Shown: positions 8,786 to 19,429, counted from the first letter of the stretch. The stretch is 51,076 nt of DNA from an uncultured Gammaproteobacteria bacterium (GCA_913041665.1 CAJWKT010000002.1:1-51076), one strand, 5' to 3'. Numbers and translations: made by a program. Notes: generated by a model not told the origin, from the sequence alone.

Positions 8786-9757
8786 TCAATCCAAGTAGGA
8801 CCTGGTAAGGTCTTCAGATACCTCCCACAATTGAGCAGCCATAACGGTATCTTCCATGTAACCACCGGGCTGCACTTCGTTACAATCTGCAAAATAAAGG
8901 CCGCTGACACCACTTAGGTCGGAACTAGCAGCTACATAGCAAGTTGTAGCTGCGCCTTGCTCGACTGTCTTCGGAAGCCGAAAGGTCCCCGTACCGCGCG
9001 CCAAATTGCGAGTTATATTGGTCTGGACACCACCAGGATGCAAAGAGTTAGAAGTAGCGTTTGTACCCTCTAATTTCCTTGCTAGCTCCAGTGAGAAGAG
9101 TCCATTCGCCAGTTTCGAGTGACCATAAGCACCTGCCGACCACCCTTCACCCGAAAGATTTTCAAATTGGATGCCCCCTTGGGGGGCACTTCGGTGAGCT
9201 GCGCTACCCACTACGACAATTCTTCCTTCGGCCGCAATGGTGGCCCGATCCAATAGTCGGTTCACCAGTATGAAATGGCCTAGGTGATTAACAACGAACT
9301 GCATCTCCAGCCCTCTAACCTGTCGCAGATCCCTGAACAACACGCCGGCATTGCAGATCAACATATCGAGAGGTACGTTCATGTTGCGAACTTGCTCTGC
9401 ACAAGCCACAACAGAATCGAAATCCGTAAGCTCCAGCAAAACCGGGGTCGCCTGACCTTTCACGCTCTCGCAGGCCATTTCCCCCTTCTCCAGAGTACGC
9501 GCTGTTCCAATAACGTGGGCACCCCTGAGTGCTAAAACTCGCATGGTCTCGTAACCGATCCCAGAGTTGCATCCCGTAACCAAGGCGGTCTTTCCCGTCA
9601 AATCAATATCTTCGGTTACATTTTCGGCTGTCGACATTGGCCCAAAACCACTTTTTGGAATCTGAGTCCCTTGAGAAAAAATTCTGGTGCAATAGGACCC
9701 TAACGCAATCAGTGCACTACCACTAAGAAACCGACGTCTATTTAGGGACTGGTCCAT
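8786..9757 (-). CDS. Short-chain dehydrogenase/reductase (SDR) with a twin-arginine signal peptide
   Basis: The Tat-like motif is in MDQSLNRRRFLSGSALIALG. The Rossmann motif is TALVTGCNSGIGYET (TGxxxGxG). The NAG motif is ICNAGV. The catalytic YxxxK is AYGHSKLAN. Confidence 0.85.
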   Translation of the reverse strand: MDQSLNRRRFLSGSALIALGSYCTRIFSQGTQIPKSGFGPMSTAENVTEDIDLTGKTALVTGCNSGIGYETMRVLALRGAHVIGTARTLEKGEMACESVKGQATPVLLELTDFDSVVACAEQVRNMNVPLDMLICNAGVLFRDLRQVRGLEMQFVVNHLGHFILVNRLLDRATIAAEGRIVVVGSAAHRSAPQGGIQFENLSGEGWSAGAYGHSKLANGLFSLELARKLEGTNATSNSLHPGGVQTNITRNLARGTGTFRLPKTVEQGAATTCYVAASSDLSGVSGLYFADCNEVQPGGYMEDTVMAAQLWEVSEDLTRSYLD

Positions 9758-9833
9758 ATTCGTTTTTTTCCGTAAATTTGATACTTCACGGGATCACTTC
9801 ATAGTCCAAAGGATAGGGCTGTTTTTCAATAGC

Positions 9834-10316
9834 CTACCGTTCTATTTTCGCGCTATCCCAATGTTCAGTGATCTTGCCATCCTCAAGCCGAAACATATCA
9901 AACCAGGTCGTCGTATACGTTTTGGTTTCATCATCTGGATGTGGATACTCCCTCACAAATGCCAACGTGACTAAGTCACCTTCAGCCGTAATCGAAACGA
10001 CCTGACCTTTTATCTCAGGTACTATCGGAAGAGGCTCTAATCTTCCGAAAAAACCTACAAAGGCCGCACGACCAGTGGGTACATTTGGATTGTGCTGAAT
10101 GTAACCCTCCGACATATATTTTTCCGCCAGTTCGACATGACGTCCTTCTAACACTTCACGCCAAAAATCGTAAACAAACCGCTTGTTGTGTGCCAGTTGA
10201 GGGTCGTCACTTTGTAAAAGCGCCTCCTGATCGGGCGCAGATGTGACCGGGAGTTGCGCCACTAGGGGCATTGCAGCAAATAGTAGTCCGAAAAAAATCA
10301 ATGTTCGCTTTGCCAT
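9834..10316 (-). CDS. Secreted NTF2/SnoaL-like fold protein
   Basis: The signal peptide is MAKRTLIFFGLLFAAMPLVAQ. The sequence NKRFVYDFWREVLEGRHVELAEKYMSEGYIQHNPNVPTGRAAF resembles SnoaL-like/NTF2 family proteins. Confidence 0.65.
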   Translation of the reverse strand: MAKRTLIFFGLLFAAMPLVAQLPVTSAPDQEALLQSDDPQLAHNKRFVYDFWREVLEGRHVELAEKYMSEGYIQHNPNVPTGRAAFVGFFGRLEPLPIVPEIKGQVVSITAEGDLVTLAFVREYPHPDDETKTYTTTWFDMFRLEDGKITEHWDSAKIER

Positions 10317-10408
10317 AATGCGATTCCTTTTTTTAATATTTTGGTCATACGAAAGCAGAGCACACTACCAGGCAGCGACGGTGAGCCCAGGAAAGAAAGT
10401 TTGTCCAC

Positions 10409-11212
10409 CTATTTTGACAAAGAGTCGAGTTTCGCCAACAGGGCATCTGGAGGCATATAACCACCTACTTGGATTCCTGTCTTAGTATAGATCGCAGGCG
10501 TTCCACGCACGCCTACTAGGTGACCAAGATCCCAATGCCTATTTACGGGAGTGGTCTCACACGATTGATTAGGTACCGAGCCACCGAGCTGTGCCACATT
10601 AAAAGCGTCAACCCGGTCTGCTGCACACCAAACTTTATCTGCTTTAGCCCAAGATTCAGTATCAGGTCCCGTTCTTGGATAGAACAAGTAGCGGACCTCT
10701 ATTCCGAGCGCATTGACTTTATCGATGTCACGGTGAAATTGACGGCAATAACCGCAATCGATATCTGTGAACATCGTTATAGTATGTTTTATATCACCCG
10801 AATCAGGGCTAAAAATTATCATGCTGTCGCTATCAACACCCTCCAGAACGGAAATACGGGCCTGAGCCCTCCGACCTTCGGTCAGGTTCACACTATTATT
10901 GAGATCAAAAAGATCACCCTGCAAAAGATAACGGCCATCGATGGTGACATATGCTACGCTGGAACCCACTGCAACTTCGTACATCCCCGGAACAACGGAA
11001 TCGTAGATGTCATTTGCTTCAACCCCTGAAAGTTTTGTTGCAAGTTCTTCTTTAGTGATCTGCGAACTTTCCTGCGCTATGCCAATCGCTGCCAGAAATA
11101 AAAAGACTCCAGAAAAAAAACTTGAAACCAAATAAACTGCTTTCACAGCACGCCCCCCTGCTTTACCGCTACCTACCGTTGAGGTAGACAGCTCGAAGTT
11201 CTTAGCTTGCAA
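10409..11212 (-). CDS. dsbC: Thiol:disulfide interchange protein DsbC (disulfide isomerase)
   Basis: An N-terminal dimerisation region is followed by a thioredoxin fold with the active site FTDIDCGYCRQFH (CGYC). It lies directly downstream of xerD, the classical xerD-dsbC arrangement. Confidence 0.85.
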   Translation of the reverse strand: MQAKNFELSTSTVGSGKAGGRAVKAVYLVSSFFSGVFLFLAAIGIAQESSQITKEELATKLSGVEANDIYDSVVPGMYEVAVGSSVAYVTIDGRYLLQGDLFDLNNSVNLTEGRRAQARISVLEGVDSDSMIIFSPDSGDIKHTITMFTDIDCGYCRQFHRDIDKVNALGIEVRYLFYPRTGPDTESWAKADKVWCAADRVDAFNVAQLGGSVPNQSCETTPVNRHWDLGHLVGVRGTPAIYTKTGIQVGGYMPPDALLAKLDSLSK

Positions 11213-11244
11213 GTCATTCTAACAGAAGAAATATCTAAGCGGGC

Positions 11245-12150
11245 CTAACCTCGGGGGTGATGTATGCTGTGCAGCTGTTTCATCCGCTCCTGAGCTATAT
11301 GCGTATAAATCTGCGTGGTCGATACATCGCTATGGCCAAGCAAAAGTTGTACTACTCTCAAGTCGGCCCCATTGTTTAAAAGGTGAGTGGCAAAAGCATG
11401 GCGAACCGTATGCGGAGAAAGCCTCTTAGTAATGCCTGCTTTAACAGAATAGCGCTTAATTAGTTGCCAGAACGCTTGACGGGTCATGTGAGCCCCTCTG
11501 CGGGTAGGAAAGAGGTAATCTGTCTGACGATGCAGAAGAATTTTCCCCCTGTACTCATAAAGATATCTTTTAAGCCAACTCTGTGCCTCCTCACCGAGCG
11601 GGACTAACCGTTCACGGTCTCCTTTACCGATGATCCTGATTACCCCTTGATTAAGGTTAATCTGGTTCATCTTTAGATTGATCAATTCTGACACGCGAAC
11701 GCCTGTTGCATAGAGCACTTCAAGCATCGTTCTATCACGGTACCCCAACGGTCGGGAAATATCGGGCGCTTTTGACAGCGCATCTATTTCTGCTTCAGTA
11801 AGGGACTGTGGCAATGACCGACCGATTTTTGGCATCACGACCTGACTGGTGGGATCCTCCTCAATCATGTCCTCACGGAGAAGATAACGATAGAACCTGC
11901 GAAAACTTGAGAGTTGGCGCGCAGCAGATCGGGGCTTTAATCCGCCCGCAGCTCTCCATGCCATATAGTCCATAATTTCGGCCTTTCCGGCGCGGACCAT
12001 AGTAACTCCTTGCTTAAGAAAAAATTTATTTAATGACAGTAGATCTGCGCGATATGCGTCAAGCGTGTTCTTCGATAGACCGCGCTCCATCCAAACTGTA
12101 TCTAAAAACCGGTCAATTAGGGTTTCCGAATTGTCCTGAAATCCTGACAC
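11245..12150 (-). CDS. xerD: Tyrosine site-specific recombinase XerD
   Basis: The N-terminus LIDRFLDTVWMERGLSKNTLDAYRADL is XerD-like. The catalytic region contains ATGVRVSEL, HTVRHAFATHLLNNGADLRVVQLLLGHSDVSTTQIYTH (R-H-R-Y tetrad context). Confidence 0.9.
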   Translation of the reverse strand: MSGFQDNSETLIDRFLDTVWMERGLSKNTLDAYRADLLSLNKFFLKQGVTMVRAGKAEIMDYMAWRAAGGLKPRSAARQLSSFRRFYRYLLREDMIEEDPTSQVVMPKIGRSLPQSLTEAEIDALSKAPDISRPLGYRDRTMLEVLYATGVRVSELINLKMNQINLNQGVIRIIGKGDRERLVPLGEEAQSWLKRYLYEYRGKILLHRQTDYLFPTRRGAHMTRQAFWQLIKRYSVKAGITKRLSPHTVRHAFATHLLNNGADLRVVQLLLGHSDVSTTQIYTHIAQERMKQLHSIHHPRG

Positions 12151-12355
12151 TTTCTTACTACGACAACCTGTACGCCGTTCAGCCTATGTTCAGAAAAATC
12201 TAAAGTCCATAAATGTCCGCAGAGCACCCCAAGTTGCATCAAACTACAGGTAAAATCTATATTCCCGAGCTTGGTAAATGCGCACACGAAACACAGATAA
12301 TTGCTGGTTTAACATGATAGCCCAATAACATGCATACTTTATCCGTAGAAAAACC

Positions 12356-13090
12356 GTGAGCATGACTGCCGCACTAAAGGCTTCGAAACATACCATATAT
12401 GGCTGCTATGCCTGGCTCATCCTCGGTACTATCATAGTAGCCTGCACGGTAGCACTTTTCGTCACCCCAGGGCTTGGCCGTCGGCGTCATTTAGCGCATT
12501 GGGCAGCAAGGTTGTTTTTCTTTTTAGTAGGCTCTCCTGTCAAAGTCGAAGGCACCACTATTCGAGAATCTTGCGTGGTCATAGCCAATCACTCAAGCTA
12601 TCTGGATGGCATCATTCTCACTGCAGCACTGCCCCCCAAGTTCACCTACATAATCAAACAAGAGATGACAAAAATCCCCGTAGCCGGCTTTGTACTGCAG
12701 CGCCTAGGCTCAGAGTTTGTCAACCGGGAAAACGAACAACATCGAAACCGAGTAGCTCGCCGACTACTCAATGCAGCCCAATCGGGTGAGGCTTTAGTAT
12801 TCTTCCCAGAGGGAACTTTTGACGAAATTCCAGGCCTAAAAAGATTCAGATTAGGCGCGTTTGGTGCTGCTTGTCGGAGTCATAGACCTCTTTTCCCTGT
12901 AGTCATTTTTGGTGCTCGACAAAAACTACCGGCAAACACTTTTCTGCCATCGCCTGGGTCACTATCGGTCAGAATCTGTGATCCTCTGCATCCAGATGAA
13001 ACAATTTCGGCTGAGGTACTAATGCATCGCTCTAGAAAAATCATATTACAACACTTAAATGAACCGGACAGAGACCAGTCCAAGAAATAA
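12356..13090 (+). CDS. 1-acyl-sn-glycerol-3-phosphate acyltransferase family (PlsC-like) membrane protein
   Basis: It has an N-terminal TM segment. The acyltransferase HX4D motif is NHSSYLDG and block III is FFPEGT. Confidence 0.8.
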   Translation: MSMTAALKASKHTIYGCYAWLILGTIIVACTVALFVTPGLGRRRHLAHWAARLFFFLVGSPVKVEGTTIRESCVVIANHSSYLDGIILTAALPPKFTYIIKQEMTKIPVAGFVLQRLGSEFVNRENEQHRNRVARRLLNAAQSGEALVFFPEGTFDEIPGLKRFRLGAFGAACRSHRPLFPVVIFGARQKLPANTFLPSPGSLSVRICDPLHPDETISAEVLMHRSRKIILQHLNEPDRDQSKK

Positions 13091-13170
13091 ACTTAGGGCG
13101 CTAACTGACACTGCAGCAACTAGTACACTCGTTGTAACATCAGGCCTAATTTTTTAGAGAACCAATAATC

Positions 13171-15102
13171 GTGGACCAGCCAATCTGGCACCCATCCAGT
13201 AAACGAATCGCTAATAGCAATATGCAGCGATTTTTACGCCGCAAAAACGTAAATGCTAATAACTATCATCAATTGTATGAATGGAGCATCGCAAGACCTG
13301 ATCAATTCTGGGGTGAATTCGCAGAATTCTCTGGAATTCTCTTCGGATCATTCTATGAGAAGGTAGTTGAAAACCTGGAGCAAATGCCCGGTGCTGAATG
13401 GTTTAAAGGTTGCAGTCTAAATTACACCGCTAATCTGCTTAAGTCTGAGCACACTGGAACTGCCATCATATTTTACGGAGAGCGCGGTGAGCGCATCGAG
13501 TTGACTTGGGACCAACTACGCGACCAAGTCGCCAGTATTAGCAAGAAACTTAGGGATCTGGGAGTAAAACCTGGCGACCGTGTTGCTGGTTACCTGCCCA
13601 ACCGACCGGAAACTGTAATTGCCATGCTTGCAACAACCAGTATAGGTGGTGTCTGGTCATCGTGTTCACCCGACTTGGGCATCAGTAGCACTGTTGACCG
13701 CTTCGGACAAATTAAGCCCAAAGTGCTTTTTGCCACCGACGGGTACTTCTATAACGGCAAAACCATCAACTCCCTGACATCTGTCACCGAAATTGCAAAA
13801 CGACTCCCGACACTTAAACATCTGGTGATCGTGCCGTATGTTAATGATATTCCAAATATCCACCTGCCACCCAGAGCAATTCTTTTTAGGGAATTACTAG
13901 AGGAAAAGGCAAGCCTTCAGTTCGAGCACCTGCCCTTTAATCATCCGCTCTGCATACTTTACTCGTCTGGCACTACATCAAGCCCAAAGTGCATCGTCCA
14001 CGGAGCTGGCGGAACACTGATTCAGCACCAGAAAGAACAAATGCTACACACGGACATAAAGCCTGGGGATAAGGTATTTTATTTCACCACTTGCGGCTGG
14101 ATGATGTGGAACTGGTTAATATCCACGCTAGCCAGTGGCGCTACTGTAATATTGTTCGACGGATCACCATTTCACCCAAATGCCGGGGTATTGTGGAAAA
14201 TCGCGGAACGAGAAAGGCTGACAGTCTTTGGAACAAGTGCCAAGTATCTCAGCGCGCTTGAGAAAACTCACTATAATCCTCGTCAGCACGTAGAACTGAG
14301 CTACCTTAAAAGTATTCTATCCACAGGTTCCCCCTTAGCTCCATCAAGCTTCGATTTTGTTTACAACCAAATCAAGGGCGATTTACAACTCTCGTCCATT
14401 TCTGGCGGGACCGATATTATCTCTTGTTTTGCCTTAGGAAACCCTGTTTTACCTGTGTACCGGGGTGAACTACAGTGCCGTGGACTAGGTATGAAAATGG
14501 AGATATTTGATAACCAAGGCCGATCAATAAAAGAAAAAAAGGGTGAGCTCGTATGTACTGCGGCTTTCCCTTCGATGCCGATCGGTTTTTGGAATGATCC
14601 AGATGGGGAAAAATATTTTTCTACCTATTTCAAACGGTTTCCCAATGTATGGTGCCATGGAGATTATGCAGAAATCACAGGCCGCAAAAGTGTCATCATC
14701 CATGGCCGGTCGGACACGGTGCTGAACCCTGGAGGTGTACGTATCGGTACGAGTGAAATTTACCGAGTTGTAGATCAGTTTAAAGAAATAGAAGAAAGCG
14801 TCGCTGTAGGTCAAGAGTGGGAGGGAGACGAAAGAATAGTTTTATTTGTTCAGCTGCAATCTAATTTCAGGCTAGACAAAAAACTTACCCAAGGAATACG
14901 CAAAGCCATTCGGGAAGCGGCAAGCCCTCGACACGTCCCCGCCAAAATCCTTGCAGTTCCCGATATTCCACGCACAATTAACGGAAAAATTGTAGAGGTA
15001 GCCGTGCGAGACACGGTTCACGGACGAAAAGCTGGAAACGCTGATACATTAGCGAACCCGGAAGCGTTAAAATATTTTTTGAATCGCAAGGAATTAAGCT
15101 GA
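13171..15102 (+). CDS. Acetoacetate-CoA ligase (acetoacetyl-CoA synthetase)
   Basis: 643 aa. The N-terminus YHQLYEWSIARPDQFWGEFAEFSG is characteristic of the family. The AMP-binding motif is YSSGTTSSPK and a later motif is HGRSDTVLNPGGVRIGTSEIY. Confidence 0.85.
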   Translation: MDQPIWHPSSKRIANSNMQRFLRRKNVNANNYHQLYEWSIARPDQFWGEFAEFSGILFGSFYEKVVENLEQMPGAEWFKGCSLNYTANLLKSEHTGTAIIFYGERGERIELTWDQLRDQVASISKKLRDLGVKPGDRVAGYLPNRPETVIAMLATTSIGGVWSSCSPDLGISSTVDRFGQIKPKVLFATDGYFYNGKTINSLTSVTEIAKRLPTLKHLVIVPYVNDIPNIHLPPRAILFRELLEEKASLQFEHLPFNHPLCILYSSGTTSSPKCIVHGAGGTLIQHQKEQMLHTDIKPGDKVFYFTTCGWMMWNWLISTLASGATVILFDGSPFHPNAGVLWKIAERERLTVFGTSAKYLSALEKTHYNPRQHVELSYLKSILSTGSPLAPSSFDFVYNQIKGDLQLSSISGGTDIISCFALGNPVLPVYRGELQCRGLGMKMEIFDNQGRSIKEKKGELVCTAAFPSMPIGFWNDPDGEKYFSTYFKRFPNVWCHGDYAEITGRKSVIIHGRSDTVLNPGGVRIGTSEIYRVVDQFKEIEESVAVGQEWEGDERIVLFVQLQSNFRLDKKLTQGIRKAIREAASPRHVPAKILAVPDIPRTINGKIVEVAVRDTVHGRKAGNADTLANPEALKYFLNRKELS

Positions 15103-16194
15103 ATGAGCACGCCTGCCGAACTATACAAACGATGTCTCAGAAAAGGAGACATTGCAAGAGATCTCGCGCAGGAGCATGCAATAGAAAGTCTACAACGCAT
15201 TTATCAGGATCTATCTATAAGTGCTACGAATGGCTGGCGCAAGTCATTTTTTCACCTACTTGGAAAACCTCTTACTCCACCGAGGGGCGCTTATCTGTGG
15301 GGGGACGTAGGGAGAGGTAAGACTTTTCTTATGGATCTTTTCTATGAAACATTGCCTTTTGAAGATAAGCTAAGAAAACATTTTCACCGCTTTATGGGCT
15401 ACGTCCATGAGAACTTAAAGGAAAGGAGCGATCAGCCTAATCCACTACAGCGTACGGCGAACAAACTAGCAAAACAGACACGAATAATTTGCCTAGACGA
15501 ACTCTTTATAACAGATATTGCGGACGCCATGATATTAGGCAATTTGTTTTCTGCGTTGTTTGATCGTGGCGTTGCATTAGTAGCAACCTCAAATGTAAAG
15601 CCCAACCATCTTTACCAAAATGGTCTTCAGAGACAACGGTTTCTGCCCGCAATTGAAATGATAATGAAACATATGCAGTTAGTACATGTCGATGGAAGCC
15701 TAGATTATCGACTTCAAATTTTAGAACGCGCTAATGTATACCAAAGTCATGCAGGCAAAGCTGCAGACCGCGAGCTAGCAAAATACTTCGAGGCAACTGC
15801 AACTAATGAAGAAAAGAAAATAGCCACTATTAACGTGCTTGGTCGCATTATCCCAGCTCGTCGAGTAGCTGATGGGGTAATTTGGTTTAATTTCTCGCAA
15901 ATCTGCGATGGACCAAGAAATTATTCTGATTACATAGAAATATCACGCTGCTACCAAACAGTGCTGGTCTCAAACGTTCCACAATTTAATTCAAAGCTTG
16001 AAAATCAAGCTCGCAGATTCGTCGCTTTAGTAGATGAATTTTACGACCGGAGAGTAAAACTTATGCTTTCCGCAAGTGCTCCGATAAGCGCACTTTATCA
16101 AGGCAACCGCCTGAAATTGGAGTTTAAACGCACAACAAGCCGTTTAGAAGAAATGCAAAGCCTAGACTATCTGTCAGCGGCTCATATTCCCTAG
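15103..16194 (+). CDS. zapE: Cell-division protein ZapE (AFG1-like ATPase)
   Basis: Walker A is GDVGRGKTFLMD and Walker B is ICLDELFITDI. Size and layout are AFG1/ZapE-like. The start codon abuts the stop of the upstream gene (TGAATG). Confidence 0.8.
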   Translation: MSTPAELYKRCLRKGDIARDLAQEHAIESLQRIYQDLSISATNGWRKSFFHLLGKPLTPPRGAYLWGDVGRGKTFLMDLFYETLPFEDKLRKHFHRFMGYVHENLKERSDQPNPLQRTANKLAKQTRIICLDELFITDIADAMILGNLFSALFDRGVALVATSNVKPNHLYQNGLQRQRFLPAIEMIMKHMQLVHVDGSLDYRLQILERANVYQSHAGKAADRELAKYFEATATNEEKKIATINVLGRIIPARRVADGVIWFNFSQICDGPRNYSDYIEISRCYQTVLVSNVPQFNSKLENQARRFVALVDEFYDRRVKLMLSASAPISALYQGNRLKLEFKRTTSRLEEMQSLDYLSAAHIP

Positions 16195-16244
16195 CAATAG
16201 AATTATGCCTGGGTTGATTCTCCAACAAACACATTGAATAATTC

Positions 16245-17021
16245 GTGTCTTGTATGACTAAGAATCCAAAAACAAAGCCAGGAAAGCTCGTACTTGTACG
16301 TCATGGGCAAAGTGAGTGGAACCTAAAAAACCTCTTCACGGGCTGGACCGATGTAGATCTCACCGAGAACGGGGTAGCTGAAGCAAAACTAGCAGGCCAA
16401 ACGTTGCTAGAAGCTGGACTAAGATTCGATATCGCATTTACTTCAGTGCTAGTCCGCGCAATACGAACAATGTGGCTGATTATGGAAGAGATGGACCTTA
16501 TGTGGATTCCTACAAAACGGGACTGGCGACTCAATGAACGCCACTATGGCGCGCTGCAAGGACTAAACAAAGCGCAAACCGCAGTTGAGCATGGCGCAGA
16601 CCAGGTTGAAATTTGGAGACGGAGCTACAACATAGCTCCCCCAGCGGTGGCGATCGACGATCAGCGTCACCCATCTTTTGATCCTCGCTACGGGCAACTC
16701 AAATCCTCGGAACTCCCTGCTACTGAATCTCTCGAGGATACCTTAGCCAGAGTGGAACCTTATTGGCGCGGACAAATCGTTCCCGAACTCCGCTCAGGCC
16801 GGCATGTTCTTGTAGCAGCTCATGGGAACAGCTTACGGGCACTGGTGAAGATTCTAGAAACAATATCTGATGTCCAAATCACAAAATTTAATATTCCAAC
16901 CGGGGTACCCCGGTTATATGAACTTGACCAAGATATCCATCCTATCCGTGCAGAATACCTAGGCGACAGTGACAGCGTCGCCAAAGCGACCCAGGATGTC
17001 GCCGATCAAGCGAAAATTTAA
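16245..17021 (+). CDS. gpmA: 2,3-bisphosphoglycerate-dependent phosphoglycerate mutase
   Basis: The catalytic motifs are LVRHGQSEWNLKNLFTGW (RHGxxxWN), ERHYG and AHGNSLRAL. Confidence 0.9.
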   Translation: MSCMTKNPKTKPGKLVLVRHGQSEWNLKNLFTGWTDVDLTENGVAEAKLAGQTLLEAGLRFDIAFTSVLVRAIRTMWLIMEEMDLMWIPTKRDWRLNERHYGALQGLNKAQTAVEHGADQVEIWRRSYNIAPPAVAIDDQRHPSFDPRYGQLKSSELPATESLEDTLARVEPYWRGQIVPELRSGRHVLVAAHGNSLRALVKILETISDVQITKFNIPTGVPRLYELDQDIHPIRAEYLGDSDSVAKATQDVADQAKI

Positions 17022-17134
17022 AGGCAATACTCTGACAGCATTATCTAATCTATTGTTTTATAGTCGTGTTCAATGCATATCAAGCGGACTGACGCATTAA
17101 ACTGGTTGCATCTCGACCTGAAGGTAAAAGAAAA

Positions 17135-17662
17135 ATGATCTATGACTTGGGAGACCGCCGCGTCAAAACGGTTGGGGACGCCTATTACATCGCTCCAAAT
17201 GCTGCAGTGGTTGGCCGGGTTACACTTGGCCAAGATGTCAGTATTTGGTTTAACGCGGTGCTAAGAGCAGATTCGGATACGATCACGATCGGAGATCGAT
17301 CTAATGTTCAAGATGGCGCCGTCTTGCATCTAGACGAAGGAGCGCCAGTAATCATCGGTGAAGGCGTGAGCATAGGTCATTCTGCAACAGTACACGGCTG
17401 TAGAGTAGGCTCAAATTCACTAATTGGTATAGGGGCCACAATACTAAGCCATGCAACGATTGGGGAGCAGTGCCTGGTGGGTGCCGGTGCGCTGATTACT
17501 GAAAAGAAAACATTTCCAGATCGGTCGCTAATCATAGGTGCGCCAGCTAGGCGGGTCCGTGAACTCACGGATGAGGAGCTTTCATATATTAGGTACGCAG
17601 CCGATCACTATGTAGAGCTGGGGAAAAAATATTGTAAAAAACTAAAGGTGCGCTCACCGTAG
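17135..17662 (+). CDS. Gamma-carbonic-anhydrase-like / hexapeptide-repeat (LbH) protein
   Basis: The sequence IAPNAAVVGRVTLGQDVSIWFNAVLRADSDTITIGDRSNVQDGAVLH plus repeated hexapeptide units is typical of the YrdA/PaaY family. Confidence 0.8.
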   Translation: MIYDLGDRRVKTVGDAYYIAPNAAVVGRVTLGQDVSIWFNAVLRADSDTITIGDRSNVQDGAVLHLDEGAPVIIGEGVSIGHSATVHGCRVGSNSLIGIGATILSHATIGEQCLVGAGALITEKKTFPDRSLIIGAPARRVRELTDEELSYIRYAADHYVELGKKYCKKLKVRSP

Positions 17663-17806
17663 AATTCCCATTCCACGCCATTTTATTCTCTATTCATGAA
17701 GCAGTAGCCACGATAAAATTTGTTTCGCATTAGATCAAGTAAAAGCCGAAACGAGCGACAATACACCCGATGTGCTGTTATCTCCTGAATCCTAAGGAAC
17801 TGATAA

Positions 17807-19429
17807 ATGAGCCAATTAACCTATATTTATAAATCAATTTTGACAGCTTTTTTTTTGAGTACTGCATTAGCTTGCTCTCTGTCTGAAACGGCCGTTCATG
17901 AAGCCGCCTTTGACGGCAATATTTTAGTTGGCCGACCGACAGATACCAGCGTAGCCATTAGCCTATTGGTTTTTTCCGATAATGAAGTTTATCTGGAATA
18001 TGGTAGTTCGGCTGATCAATACACACATTCCACCGATGCTCAACTTATTCAAGAAGATGACACCTATGTTTTTGACGTCAATAACTTAGAGGCAAATACC
18101 GAATATTTTTATCGAATTCGATTTAGAGCTGATTCCTCACAAAGCTTTGCAGCGAGTTCCGAATATGGCTTTGATACTCAAAAAAATGAAGGGTCAACGT
18201 TCAACTTTGCTGTTCAAGCAGATCCTCATTTAGGGGCTCGCACACGATTCCAGAAATGGTGCGGTGACAGATGTCTTCGCGAAAAATCTGACGATAGAGT
18301 TTTCGCTCAAACCATGGAGAGCCTACTCCGCTACGAACCGGATTTTTTGGTTGATCTTGGCGACACCTTTATGACTGCCCAGAATCATTCCAATGGAATG
18401 TTTGCGATACAAGAGCGTGTCGAGGCTGCGCTAATAACTGAAGCTGAAGTCCTTGATGACGTACTATATCTGCGCTCGTTAATGAGCCAGGCTGGGTCTT
18501 CCGTACCCATAATGCTAGTGCAGGGAAATCACGAGGCTGAAGATAGTTTTCGACTGGATGGTACTCCAGATAACCTAGCCGTTTGGGCGGTGAATGCCCG
18601 CAAGAAATATTTTCCATCGCCTACTGATAATGGGTTCTACTCTGGCAACATTACTGAATATGATTTTATCGGACGTAAGGATGGATACTATTCTTGGGAA
18701 TGGGGCGACGCACTCTTTGTAGCCCTAGATCCGTTTTGGGAAAAAAATTCAGGTACCCCTTGGGCCAAATCTTTGGGGCGTGAACAATACGATTGGCTAA
18801 AAGAAACTTTAGCGGACAGTGATGCGACATTTAAGTTTGTCTTTATTCACCATTTGGTAGGGGGTTTAAGTAATCCCTATGGCGGCTCTCGGGGCGGAGC
18901 TCTGTATTCAGATTATTTCGAATGGGGAGGGCGCACCCCTGAAGATTTTGAAAAATGGAATCCAAGTAATTTTGAACGATTTGACGCCATGGTTGGAACA
19001 GATAGTAGTAACCTTGACAAATATCCTATCCGGCGTGTTGATTCATCTTTAGAAGCCTATGAATTTGATACGTACCGACCTGGCTGGGGAGTTCCTATCC
19101 AGCAATTACTGATCGAGAACAATGTGCAAATTGTTTTCCACGGGCATGACCATCTTTATGTAAAAGAAGAGCACCCAAGCGGAATAATCTACCAGCTAGT
19201 TCCTACTCCAGCACGCCCCGGCGGCGAGTATAACCAAGATCAACTGACTTTCGCAGCTGCAGCCCAAGGCTACGACACAGAAAATGGAGTTGTGTTTCAA
19301 AACGCAGGTTTTCTAAATGTCACAGTGTCAACAGATCGGGTGATAGTGGATTATGTGAAAAATATTGAAGGCTGCACCGAAGAACCCTGCAGCGAAATTG
19401 TTACCAGTTACAGTGTTGAAGCAAATTAA
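17807..19429 (+). CDS. Secreted/lipoprotein metallophosphoesterase (purple-acid-phosphatase-like)
   Basis: A possible lipobox is STALAC. An N-terminal FN3-like region contains EYFYRIRF. The metallophosphatase motifs are QADPH, GDTF, GNHE and HGHDH. Confidence 0.75.
   Translation: MSQLTYIYKSILTAFFLSTALACSLSETAVHEAAFDGNILVGRPTDTSVAISLLVFSDNEVYLEYGSSADQYTHSTDAQLIQEDDTYVFDVNNLEANTEYFYRIRFRADSSQSFAASSEYGFDTQKNEGSTFNFAVQADPHLGARTRFQKWCGDRCLREKSDDRVFAQTMESLLRYEPDFLVDLGDTFMTAQNHSNGMFAIQERVEAALITEAEVLDDVLYLRSLMSQAGSSVPIMLVQGNHEAEDSFRLDGTPDNLAVWAVNARKKYFPSPTDNGFYSGNITEYDFIGRKDGYYSWEWGDALFVALDPFWEKNSGTPWAKSLGREQYDWLKETLADSDATFKFVFIHHLVGGLSNPYGGSRGGALYSDYFEWGGRTPEDFEKWNPSNFERFDAMVGTDSSNLDKYPIRRVDSSLEAYEFDTYRPGWGVPIQQLLIENNVQIVFHGHDHLYVKEEHPSGIIYQLVPTPARPGGEYNQDQLTFAAAAQGYDTENGVVFQNAGFLNVTVSTDRVIVDYVKNIEGCTEEPCSEIVTSYSVEAN

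Noticed and set aside
10520-11029. 169-aa plus-strand ORF
   Set aside because: It lies entirely antisense within dsbC and has no recognisable motif.
1020-12150. tRNA-Leu plus a tyrosine recombinase about 10 kb away as a possible integrated genomic island
   Set aside because: The recombinase is a typical XerD in its conserved xerD-dsbC context, not a phage-type integrase. By eye I found no direct repeat of the tRNA 3' end elsewhere, only an 8-9-nt chance match near 2590.
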